This document shows, one piece after another, positions 44,110-52,550 of a stretch of 64,000 bases of DNA (the first letter of the stretch is position 1; each line of letters opens with the position of its first letter). The DNA is from an uncultured virus (IMG/VR IMGVR_UViG_3300035670_000166). Lineage: Duplodnaviria > Heunggongvirae > Uroviricota > Caudoviricetes. Under the pieces are notes generated by a model, which saw only the letters and a program-made list of their open reading frames with translations, had not been told where the DNA came from and ran no database searches. The DNA lies in the IMG/VR virus record IMGVR_UViG_3300035670_000166; one strand, 5' to 3'. The position numbers and the translations under genes are program-made.

Positions 44110-44976
44110 CCGACTACCCAGGCGAAGATCGCCCTGGGCGTGGGCCTAACGGCCGGTGCCCTTGCTCTTGGTGCTCTTGCAACACGCCGTAAGCCAGGTG
44201 CCGCGCGCCCAGCGAGCACCCCGCCCCCCGAGAGCGGCGCCATTCCCAAACCCTCCGGCCCACCTCGTATTCCCGGCTCACCGCCACGCGCTGCCCTTTC
44301 TCCCGCACCTCCGCGTCAATCCAAGACCCAGCGCATGCGGGCCAACACCGCCACTGCAGTGCGCAAAGCCGAGGGTGCCATCGCCCAGACCGCCCGCGAG
44401 GAAGTCCGTCGCGTCGCTCAAATCGGCAACACCATGGCTGCCACAGGCGAAGCCACGGGCATGGCGGTGAAGACCGGCCTCCGCGAGCTTCGTCTCCGCA
44501 CCGAGGCCGCCCGCCGTCGGTTCGAGCCCGGGTACCGCGCTCCTGACCAACGCCGCCTTCCAGGTGGGGTGCAAGCTCCCCTCAACGCGCAAGCTCCCGA
44601 GCGCGAGGCCATCCCCATCGATCCACGCACAGGGCAACCCAGGCGCCCCCGCGCCCAAGGCTTCGGCCGCCGGGACAACTACATCCAGCACTACGCCCCA
44701 GTTCAGCTCCAACCTCCCCTGCGCCGCGACACCGAGGACGGCAAGAAGTACACCAAGATCGTCACCAACCCCGAGACCGGCCGCAAAAACAAGGTCCGCT
44801 ACGGCGCTAAGGGCTACAAGATCGCCCCCGGCACCGACAAAGGCGACAACTACTGCGCCCGCAGCTTTGGCGACATGAAGTCGCACGGCAAGGACTGCTC
44901 CGGCCCTGATCGCAACACGCCCCTATGCCTCTCCCGGGCGAAATGGAAGTGCTCTGGGAAGACCTCACGCCGGTGA
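44026..44976 (+). CDS. Modular protein: one cassette plus a C-terminal basic Cys-containing domain
   Basis: MTLTPSTIRSD-LKCGKG..., TM helix, Pro-rich linker, then RRD and a KKY..V......K.V.YG..GY....YCARS...W.C domain. Confidence 0.75.
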   Translation: MTLTPSTIRSDLKCGKGAISQGEKCTKGPTTQAKIALGVGLTAGALALGALATRRKPGAARPASTPPPESGAIPKPSGPPRIPGSPPRAALSPAPPRQSKTQRMRANTATAVRKAEGAIAQTAREEVRRVAQIGNTMAATGEATGMAVKTGLRELRLRTEAARRRFEPGYRAPDQRRLPGGVQAPLNAQAPEREAIPIDPRTGQPRRPRAQGFGRRDNYIQHYAPVQLQPPLRRDTEDGKKYTKIVTNPETGRKNKVRYGAKGYKIAPGTDKGDNYCARSFGDMKSHGKDCSGPDRNTPLCLSRAKWKCSGKTSRR

Positions 44977-45137
44977 AACCCGCTCATCCCCCCGAGCACG
45001 CCATCACCCGCCTCTGGTTCTGGAACCACGCCGGAGCCCAGACACTTCTGTGCCCCGCCCACGAAGCGACAGACATCCGACGTCGCCTGATCGCCGAGGG
45101 CGCCGTGGTCTACCACACCGAGGTCTATAACGCTTAG
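44973..45137 (+). CDS. Small hypothetical protein (54 aa)
   Basis: GTGA overlap with the upstream stop. Confidence 0.5.
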   Translation: MKPAHPPEHAITRLWFWNHAGAQTLLCPAHEATDIRRRLIAEGAVVYHTEVYNA

Positions 45138-45349
45138 AGCCCTTCGATCAGCCCCGAGGCCGAGATCCCATACAAGTCTGCTAACTCAAATAGCTTTGAT
45201 AATGCGAACTCAATTTCCCCCTTTTCCAAGCGACAATAAGCTGCTTGACTGATAGCAAGTTTCTCCGCTATCTGCGTCTGCGTGTATCCCGTCTTCCCTC
45301 TTAGCTGTCTAATACGCTCACAAAGTGCGAGCTGACGATAGATCGCCAC
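45134..45349 (-). CDS. Xre-family HTH regulator
   Basis: IRQLR...GYTQTQIAEKLAISQAAYCRLEKGE. Confidence 0.85.
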   Translation of the reverse strand: MAIYRQLALCERIRQLRGKTGYTQTQIAEKLAISQAAYCRLEKGEIEFALSKLFELADLYGISASGLIEGL

Positions 45350-45411
45350 TTCCGGCCATACGCTATCCGAATCAGCCTAACGCTTGCAGCGATAAGCCTT
45401 AAGCTGACGCC

Positions 45412-46674
45412 ATGGAAACATCCGTTTCTCGCTACGATTTCGCGCCCATTACGGGAAGCGAAACCACCGACGAGGGTTATCTCCGCGTCTGGTGTCGTGC
45501 TGCGCGTGTAGGCACTCAGCTCTACAAGCGCGCGGATGGCTCCCAGGTCCGGGAATACCGTCCTCCAGAAGAGGTCAGTTCCCCGGAATCGCTCTCCACG
45601 TTCGGCATGAAACCCGCAACGTGGGGTCACCCACCTGTTCTTCTCGATTCCGCCAATACCAAGCAGTTCCAGGTCGGTTACTCCGGTAGCCAGGTCCGGT
45701 ACAACGACGGTTTTGTCGAAGTTGCCCTAGTCGTCACTGACCAGGACAGCATCGAAAAGATCAAGCGCAAAGACGCCACTGAGGTCTCTGCCGGCTACAA
45801 GGTCGACTTCGACCCGACTCCCGGTATCACCCCCGAGGGCGAGTCCTACGACGGCGTTCAGCGCAACATCCGGGTGAACCACATCGCGATCGTCCCCCGC
45901 GGCCGGGCTGGCCCGGAGGTTCGCCTGCTCATGGATCGCATGGATGCGGCCGATGCCGTCGCCTTCGATCCGGCGCTCCAGCCCTGTACACCTGCATCTC
46001 CCGTAATGGCTTCCGTCAAACTCGACGGCCTGGAGATCGATCTGCCCGCAGAAGCAGCTAGCGCGGTCCAGTCCTTCGCACGGGACATGGAGCGCCAGCT
46101 CAAGTCTGTGACTACTGAGCGCGATCAGCTTGCCACCAAGCTCGATGCGCAGCAGGAAGAGATCGACGCCCTTGCCTACGAAAAAGAGGCCGCTGAAGGC
46201 CGAGCCGACGCTCTCGAAGAGCGTGTCACCGAGCTCGAATCCACCTCCTCCAGCCGCATCGACACAGCCGAGCTCGACCAACTCGTCGCTGCTCGCCTCG
46301 CCACGCTGCAGAAGCTGGCACCCGCCTTCGCCGAAGACTTCAAATTCGACGGCATCGATAACGAGGACCTCTACGCCCAGGCGTTCGAGAACCTCACAGG
46401 CTCCGCTCCTCGCGAAGACGCTGAATCTGGCTACGTCCAAGGCGTTGTGGACGGCATTCTCGCCGCCCGCGCTGATGCCGACGAGGACGAAGCAGGCGAA
46501 GAAACCCCCGAGGACGCAGGCGATGAGCCTGAAACCAAGGAGGACCGCGCCGACAGCACCACTTCCCTCCGCGACGCACTGAAAGGTGCCGGCCGTGGCT
46601 CTGCTTCCTCGGTAGACACCTACCGCGCCAAGCAAGCGGAAGCCTGGAAGCGTCCCCTCACCGCCACTAAGTAA
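45412..46674 (+). CDS. Capsid maturation protease / scaffold (DUF2213-like)
   Basis: T.EGYL...ARVG.Q.Y, YRPPEEV, T.GHP, EVSAGY, YD.VQRNI..NHIAIV.RGRAG; acidic coiled-coil scaffold C-terminus. Confidence 0.88.
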   Translation: METSVSRYDFAPITGSETTDEGYLRVWCRAARVGTQLYKRADGSQVREYRPPEEVSSPESLSTFGMKPATWGHPPVLLDSANTKQFQVGYSGSQVRYNDGFVEVALVVTDQDSIEKIKRKDATEVSAGYKVDFDPTPGITPEGESYDGVQRNIRVNHIAIVPRGRAGPEVRLLMDRMDAADAVAFDPALQPCTPASPVMASVKLDGLEIDLPAEAASAVQSFARDMERQLKSVTTERDQLATKLDAQQEEIDALAYEKEAAEGRADALEERVTELESTSSSRIDTAELDQLVAARLATLQKLAPAFAEDFKFDGIDNEDLYAQAFENLTGSAPREDAESGYVQGVVDGILAARADADEDEAGEETPEDAGDEPETKEDRADSTTSLRDALKGAGRGSASSVDTYRAKQAEAWKRPLTATK

Positions 46675-46686
46675 GGAGTTCCTTCC

Positions 46687-47298
46687 ATGGCCGTTACCTT
46701 CACCGCCACTACCGTCACCAACCCCACCGGCGCCCAGGGCAGCTACCCGCTGCGCGAAGTTGCCGGTCACGAGGGCATGCTGGCTGACCTGCAGGCCTAC
46801 GTCTGCCGCAGCTATCGCAACCAATCCGGCGCCGCCATCCCTTATGGCGTGCTGGTTGCAACCGACAACAGCCCCACCAGCAACGACGCCCTCGCCGTCG
46901 AGATCGCGACCGGCACCACCCTGATTCAGGGCATCACCGTAGACACCCTCACCATCGAGGGTGCCAAGGCGGGCATGGTGTACACCCCCATCCCGACCCC
47001 GATTTATTCGGATGGTCGTCTGGGCTATCCCGACAAAGAGACCGTGAACGTGGTCTCCAAAGGCGTGGTCTGGGTGTATAGCGCCACTGCCATCGCCCTG
47101 GGCGACGCAGTCCGCTTCTACAACGCGGACCACTCCGGCACCGTCGCCGGGGCTTTCCTCGGTCGCTTCACCAAGACCGCCGTCGCCAACAAGACCGTCG
47201 CCATCACCGGCGCTCGTTGGCTGTCTGAAACCACCGCCGCGGGCCTGGTTCTGCTGGAGATTGACATCCCCGGCATGACCTACTCCGCCGACACTTGA
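46687..47298 (+). CDS. Head decoration / cement protein
   Basis: Lies between scaffold and MCP; IPYGV.V, Y.....VNV...G.VWV, GD.V. Confidence 0.75.
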   Translation: MAVTFTATTVTNPTGAQGSYPLREVAGHEGMLADLQAYVCRSYRNQSGAAIPYGVLVATDNSPTSNDALAVEIATGTTLIQGITVDTLTIEGAKAGMVYTPIPTPIYSDGRLGYPDKETVNVVSKGVVWVYSATAIALGDAVRFYNADHSGTVAGAFLGRFTKTAVANKTVAITGARWLSETTAAGLVLLEIDIPGMTYSADT

Positions 47299-47315
47299 TC
47301 ACGGAGCTTCCTCCC

Positions 47316-48233
47316 ATGACCACCGAAATCCGTAACGACGAGGTCGGCATCTTTCTCGCCCGCGAGCTGGAAACCATCCTGGCTCGCACCTTCGAGGTCG
47401 AGTACGCCGACATCAAGTACAGCAGCCTGATCCCCATTTCTTCTGAAGTGGGCAATGGTGCTGACTCCTTCACCTATCGCGTCTTCGACAAGCAAGGCTC
47501 GATGAAGGTGATCGGGGACAAGGCCCAAGACCTGCCCCGCGCTGACGTGCTCCGCAAGGAAGTGACCCACCCGGTTCGCTCCCTCGGTGCATCCTTCGCC
47601 TACACCATCCAGGAAACCCGTGCCGCCGCCATGGTGCCCGGCATGAACCTGGAGCAGCGCCGCGCCAACGCTGTGCGCCGCGCCTACGAGGAGAAAGTGC
47701 AGGAGATCGCCTACTTCGGCGATGCCCCCTCCGGCATGAAGGGCTTCTTCAACAACGACCAAGTCGACAAACTTGTCCCCAACAAGTGGTTCGACACCGC
47801 CGGTGTTACCACCGACGAAATGCTGGAACTGCTCAACGAGGCGCCCACCCGCCTCGTGCAGAACTCCAACATGAAGGAGATGCCTAACACGATGCTGGTG
47901 CCCTACAACGTGTACCGCGTCATCTCCACCACCCCGCGCAGCACCACCTCCGACACCACGGTGATGGAGTTCTTCCTGCGCACCAACCCGATGATCTCCG
48001 CCATCGAGCCCATCAACGAGCTCGAGGCCGGCAAATCGGGCGGCTCCCTCTCCAAGGACCGCATCGTGGTGTACGACCGCAGCCCCGACAAGCTGCAACT
48101 GCACATCCCCCAGCCCCTGGAGTTCCTGCCTCCCCTGCGTCAGGCCCTGGAGTTCTCCGTTGCTGCTCACGCACGCATCGGCGGCCTCGCGCTCTACTAC
48201 CCCAAGAGCGCCATCGTCCTTGAGAAGGCTTGA
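47316..48233 (+). CDS. Major capsid protein (DUF2184 / encapsulin-like HK97 fold)
   Basis: FLARELE.I....E.EY, Y.IQE...A, IAYFGD....G.FN, GG...YYP. Confidence 0.9.
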   Translation: MTTEIRNDEVGIFLARELETILARTFEVEYADIKYSSLIPISSEVGNGADSFTYRVFDKQGSMKVIGDKAQDLPRADVLRKEVTHPVRSLGASFAYTIQETRAAAMVPGMNLEQRRANAVRRAYEEKVQEIAYFGDAPSGMKGFFNNDQVDKLVPNKWFDTAGVTTDEMLELLNEAPTRLVQNSNMKEMPNTMLVPYNVYRVISTTPRSTTSDTTVMEFFLRTNPMISAIEPINELEAGKSGGSLSKDRIVVYDRSPDKLQLHIPQPLEFLPPLRQALEFSVAAHARIGGLALYYPKSAIVLEKA

Positions 48234-48272
48234 CCTTTTCAGAATCGGTTATCCATTCATCTCGTCTTAGTC

Positions 48273-48689
48273 ATGATCCTCGTTTACCGACCCGAACTTG
48301 AAAATCCCCCGATGGACAAAGAATGCACCATCGGTTTCTCGTTCGTAGGCGGCGCAGGTCTCTCTGACCACATTCAAGTCGCCTCTGGCGTCACTCGGAA
48401 TTTTCCCGAGGCCGTCTGGGAAAAGATCAAGGACTACGACGTGGTGAAAAGCCTCCTCAAGCTCGGTGCCTTGCGCATCGAAGCCGAGGAGGTGACAACC
48501 GAGGACGGTGTAACCACCTCGGTGAACGCAGACACCATCGCGGATCTGCCCATCACCCAGGCACTTGAGCTCGTCGAAGCATCCTTCGACATCGAACAGC
48601 TCAACAAGTGGGCCGCTAAAGAGCAGCGCATCAAAGTCCGCAATGCCATCAGCAAGCGGATCACTGCGATCACTGAAGGTAACGGCTGA
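48273..48689 (+). CDS. Hypothetical head-associated protein
   Basis: Follows the MCP; C-terminal E.R..V.NAI.KR helix. Confidence 0.6.
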   Translation: MILVYRPELENPPMDKECTIGFSFVGGAGLSDHIQVASGVTRNFPEAVWEKIKDYDVVKSLLKLGALRIEAEEVTTEDGVTTSVNADTIADLPITQALELVEASFDIEQLNKWAAKEQRIKVRNAISKRITAITEGNG

Positions 48690-48997
48690 TGGCAGTTCCC
48701 TCGACCAGCGCATTCCTCCTTCGCTTCCCCGAGTTCGGCGAGCAATCGCTCTCGGTGGTTGAAGGCGCGCTGGCCGAGGCCGGACGCTACGCCTCCGCCA
48801 CCGTCTTCGGCGCTGTTCACACAGACGCTGTCGGTTACCTCACTGCGCATCTTTTAGCGACTCGAACGATGCAGATCGGCCTCCAGATCGAGGCAAAAGC
48901 CGGTGCCCCTGCGGGTTCCGGCCTCGACGCCACGCTCTACGGCCAGGAGTACAAGCGGCTGCTCGACAGCCTCGCCCTCAGTGGATTCGCCCTCTAG
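48689..48997 (+). CDS. Head-tail adaptor (DUF4054-like)
   Basis: F..RFPEF, LTAHLL, T.YGQEY..L. Confidence 0.85.
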   Translation: MAVPSTSAFLLRFPEFGEQSLSVVEGALAEAGRYASATVFGAVHTDAVGYLTAHLLATRTMQIGLQIEAKAGAPAGSGLDATLYGQEYKRLLDSLALSGFAL

Positions 48998-48999
48998 CC

Positions 49000-49398
49000 A
49001 TGGCGATCTCGGCCACCACCATCGCCTCTTACGCCCCCTGGGGTAATGCCCAGCTCGCGTTCGAAGTCGGCACGGGGTTTGCCACCACAGATCCCGCCAC
49101 TGGCAACGCCACCCAATCCACTGAAATCGTCGAATACCTCGCCGCCCTCACTCTCCAGGCACCGTCCTGGAAAGCCGAGGCCGGCATGGACAACACGACC
49201 TACTCCTGCCGAGGCCGCCTGCTCAGCCCAGCGATCCTCGACCCCCGCATCACCAACGGCTCTCAAGCCGAAGCAGTGATCAACGGATACCGAGGACGTT
49301 TCGAGCTCGTCTTCGACCTGGCCATGGATTCCTACCACCGGCAGGACCTGCGCCAATCCATCGAAGGCACCTTCCGCGTTATCGGAGGTCCGACCTAA
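49000..49398 (+). CDS. Head closure / stopper-like protein
   Basis: Position and size in the connector module. Confidence 0.6.
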   Translation: MAISATTIASYAPWGNAQLAFEVGTGFATTDPATGNATQSTEIVEYLAALTLQAPSWKAEAGMDNTTYSCRGRLLSPAILDPRITNGSQAEAVINGYRGRFELVFDLAMDSYHRQDLRQSIEGTFRVIGGPT

Positions 49399-49772
49399 TG
49401 GCCCGCCCTCAACGCGAGCTCAGTCAAGCCGTCGAGATCGCTAAGGCCCAGGCCATGCATCAGCTCGGCACCTGGCTTGACGCCCGCTTCACCCAGGAGA
49501 TCTCCGCGGTGAAGTGGCCCTATCCCACACCACCTGCGGTGCGGGACATCGTGGATACCGGTCGCCTTCGCGCCAGCCAGACCCGAGTCGTCAATGCCGA
49601 CGGCTCAATCACCTTCTCCTGGCCGGTCGAGTACGCGAACCAAGTCCACGAGGGCGGAGTTGCCACTACCGGCCTTCGCTTCCCCGGTCGCCCTTGGACC
49701 AAAGCCCCTCTCGAGGAGGCCCCCGCCAAGTTCGGCCAACTGCTGCGCTCCGCTCTGGAGGCCCAGCAATGA
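49398..49772 (+). CDS. Tail completion protein (HK97 gp10-like)
   Basis: VDTGRLRAS, YA..VHEG, RPW. Confidence 0.8.
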   Translation: MARPQRELSQAVEIAKAQAMHQLGTWLDARFTQEISAVKWPYPTPPAVRDIVDTGRLRASQTRVVNADGSITFSWPVEYANQVHEGGVATTGLRFPGRPWTKAPLEEAPAKFGQLLRSALEAQQ

Positions 49773-50242
49773 CGATCTCCACCCACTGCCCACCGGTCAC
49801 CGCGCTCCGGCGCACCCTTGAGCTCCACATCCTCGACCTCTACCAGAGCGACAGGACCACCCTCAAGGCATACACCGCCTGGCCTGGGTACTACACGCTC
49901 CCCGACGCCAGCCGCGTTCCCGCGGTCTACGTCACCGGCGCCTCGATGGTCCCCTCTAACTGGGCCGTCACCGGCATCGAGTGCGTCATCGAGGACGTCC
50001 CCGAGATCACCAGCCCTGGTTCAGTGGGCGCCGTTCTGTCTTTTGAGACCTGGAACGTCCGCTTCACGAACTTCGGCACCAAAGAAGGCACCCGAATGCC
50101 GGTCTCGCTGCTGGACATCAGTCGCCGCCTGGCCCGCGCCTTCCCACGGGACCAAGTCACGTACATGGCCCGGACCGAGGTCACCTTCGAGGCCCTCACG
50201 GCCCGCATCCGCGGAGCCGTCCTGAACCCCCCGATCCCCTAA
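49769..50242 (+). CDS. Tail terminator-like protein
   Basis: Directly upstream of the tail tube gene; ATGA coupling. Confidence 0.6.
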   Translation: MTISTHCPPVTALRRTLELHILDLYQSDRTTLKAYTAWPGYYTLPDASRVPAVYVTGASMVPSNWAVTGIECVIEDVPEITSPGSVGAVLSFETWNVRFTNFGTKEGTRMPVSLLDISRRLARAFPRDQVTYMARTEVTFEALTARIRGAVLNPPIP

Positions 50243-50254
50243 GGAGTCCCAACA

Positions 50255-51259
50255 ATGGCTGACTACGCCATCGGGTTGTCGTTCCACAAGGCTCACCGGA
50301 CCATCGTCCGCGCCGTGGATCTGAACCCTCCCTGTCGCTACTTCGCCTCGCGTTCCACCGCGGGCGCCATCACCCTGCCCACCCTCGACGCTGGCGCCAG
50401 CTACGTCGAGCTCCAAGGCATCACCAACACGAGCTTCCAGATCAACGACAACAACCAGGAGTTCCGCCTCCTGGGAGATGACGGCTGGATGGACAGCGTG
50501 ATCACGGGCTCCTCTGTGCAAGCCTCGGTGACCGCCTACTTCCTCAAGGACACCGAAGTCCCCGCCGGCCAAAACTGCCCGGTCTTCCGCGGCGGTTACA
50601 ACGAGGGCTTCTCCCTGATCCAGAAGGCCCGTTACAACAAGGACTACGAGATCTACATCGAGTTCCTCAAGGAGCTGGGCCAGGCCGACGGCGCTTCGGG
50701 CAACTACATCTACGACTTCACCGGCTTCAACGCGGTGATCCAGAACTACTCGGAGAACCTCACCGCTGAGGGGCTCACCGAGATCTCGTTCGACCTGATG
50801 TCCCGCGCCCGCCCCGTTTTCGGTCGCTATGACGCCGGCGCCTCGGCCATCAGCAGCGGCGGCGTCCAGTCCAGCCTGCTCTTCCTGGTGAATGGCACTC
50901 GCCAAGCTGCCACGAGCCCGGCCAACAACGCATCGGCTGTAGCCGTGGGCGACAACATCACGGTCACCTACACCAGCAACGGCACCATCGCCCTGACCCA
51001 ACTCGCCCTGGGTCAAACCGACGGCTCCGGCTTCAGCCTGGAGAACGCCTCCACCGGCGTGAAGGTGCCCGCGACAGTGTCTCTGGCATCCAACGTGGTG
51101 ACCATCAACCCGAGCGCGGACCTCGCTGCTGGCACCATCTTCCGGCTGGTTGTCGCCGACGGCGCCATCACCCAAGCGGTCGATGCCAACGGCACCGCTT
51201 CGGCATCGGGCGTGAAGCGCCCCGTGCAAGGTCTCACGACCACCTTCCGGACCGCCTGA
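50255..51259 (+). CDS. Major tail tube protein with C-terminal Ig-like domain
   Basis: Position; C-terminal SPANNA..V.....ITVTY...V.INP..DL...T.....V Ig-like pattern; followed by a terminator. Confidence 0.8.
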   Translation: MADYAIGLSFHKAHRTIVRAVDLNPPCRYFASRSTAGAITLPTLDAGASYVELQGITNTSFQINDNNQEFRLLGDDGWMDSVITGSSVQASVTAYFLKDTEVPAGQNCPVFRGGYNEGFSLIQKARYNKDYEIYIEFLKELGQADGASGNYIYDFTGFNAVIQNYSENLTAEGLTEISFDLMSRARPVFGRYDAGASAISSGGVQSSLLFLVNGTRQAATSPANNASAVAVGDNITVTYTSNGTIALTQLALGQTDGSGFSLENASTGVKVPATVSLASNVVTINPSADLAAGTIFRLVVADGAITQAVDANGTASASGVKRPVQGLTTTFRTA

Positions 51260-51281
51260 TCCCCGAGTGCGTCAAACACCC

Positions 51282-51308
51282 AGGCCCCGCAAAGGGGCCT
51301 TTTTCTTT
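51282..51308 (+). terminator. Rho-independent terminator
   Basis: AGGCCCC-GCAAA-GGGGCCT plus TTTTCTTT. Confidence 0.8.
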
Positions 51309-51314
51309 GTACTT

Positions 51315-51569
51315 ATGCAGCACGACATTCTTATAGACCCAATCAACACGGTCTTTGCAGTTAATTGTGTGGTGGAAGGCTCCACGCTCCACTGCGGAGC
51401 CCTCTACCTTGAACCCCTCGTCCAGAGCCAGTTTATACGCTTGGCGTATGACGGCGCTAGTCTGGAGGTTGAAATCCCCACCGAGCTCGTCAACCAAACC
51501 ACGCCGCATCGAGCGTGGCAGGTAGCGCTCCCTATCCGCAATGAGCAAGTACAGCGCACTTCTCTTTAA
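51315..51569 (+). CDS. Hypothetical protein
   Basis: ATG 51315; 84 aa. Confidence 0.5.
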   Translation: MQHDILIDPINTVFAVNCVVEGSTLHCGALYLEPLVQSQFIRLAYDGASLEVEIPTELVNQTTPHRAWQVALPIRNEQVQRTSL

Positions 51570-52089
51570 GCCCGCAACCTATTGTGAGATCGGACCATTT
51601 CGTTTTCCTGTCTATCACGATTTAGTGCCCGGTGAAGCAAAAGGCATCGAAGAATTCTCTAAGAAGCAATCGCGCTCTACGTTTAAGTCCATCAAGCTTG
51701 CGCAACGTATCGCCAAAGACAAGGGTATTAGCACCAAAGAAGCAGTTGAGCTGCTAGGGAAGGTAGGGAGCGAAGAAACAGAACTTGTCTATGAATACGC
51801 AGCAGAATTGGACGATCTTCAAGTCGATAGCATTGGTGCCGTACAGCAGCGAGTAGAATTCGTAACCCTGTTTATGCAGTATAGAGGTGAATCCAAGCTG
51901 GACGGCGAGCAATGGGTACAACTAAAAGATTGGGAACAAGAAGATACCGAAAATATGCCGTCCAAACTTATGGATCAAGTCTTCGAGCTCGTCATGTGGG
52001 AACGTGACGGCTGGCCACAGAAGGACGAAGCAAAAAACGCAGACGACAACACGGAGCAGGAGTTCAGCCCACCCCGGAAGAAATCCTAA
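51541..52089 (+). CDS. Tail assembly chaperone (lambda G-like)
   Basis: Between tail tube and tape measure; contains slippery A AAA AAC at 52032-52038. Confidence 0.75.
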   Translation: MSKYSALLFKPATYCEIGPFRFPVYHDLVPGEAKGIEEFSKKQSRSTFKSIKLAQRIAKDKGISTKEAVELLGKVGSEETELVYEYAAELDDLQVDSIGAVQQRVEFVTLFMQYRGESKLDGEQWVQLKDWEQEDTENMPSKLMDQVFELVMWERDGWPQKDEAKNADDNTEQEFSPPRKKS

Positions 52090-52520
52090 GCGAGTGCGAA
52101 ACCTTACTTAGAACTCCACTAACGGACTGGGACGATATTTACTTTAAGCTGCGGGCATCCCCTCTCAGAGATGACTTCAACCGAGAGCGGTTTGTCCGCA
52201 CGCCCGTATCAGTCATACGTTGGGCAACAAAGCGTGCTTTAGATCACGAACAAGAGCAAGCAAACTTGCAAGCGCTGGCAACAGCACGATTAACAGCTAC
52301 TCTGATACAAATAGCGCATGGTTTTTCTGGCTCTAAGGGCCCTGCGCCTAAATTGCAAGTAAAAGATTTCTTGCCATTCCCTGACTGGAAACCCGACTTA
52401 GAAACTGCCGAAGGTCCGGACGAAGTTACTAGATACACATTAAGCAACTTGGCCCGAGCTCGAAGAATCCCAATGCACGTCTTCTCGGCTCTGATGACTC
52501 CCGCCAACCGGCAGTCTTAA
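52032..52520 (+). CDS. Tail assembly chaperone -1 frameshift extension (lambda T-like)
   Basis: The -1 frame is open from the slippery site to TAA 52520 (KKRRRQ...DWDDIYF...KDFLPF). Confidence 0.75.
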   Translation, partial: KKRRRQHGAGVQPTPEEILSECETLLRTPLTDWDDIYFKLRASPLRDDFNRERFVRTPVSVIRWATKRALDHEQEQANLQALATARLTATLIQIAHGFSGSKGPAPKLQVKDFLPFPDWKPDLETAEGPDEVTRYTLSNLARARRIPMHVFSALMTPANRQS

Positions 52521-52550
52521 CATAGACATACCGCATGGTCGCAGAGCAAG

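Noticed and set aside
45727..51229. Long antisense ORFs (e.g. 45727..47133, 47280..48170, 50021..51229; also 4934..6034 and 61752..62972)
   Set aside because: Shadow frames of GC-rich genes with recognisable products on the opposite strand; no motifs
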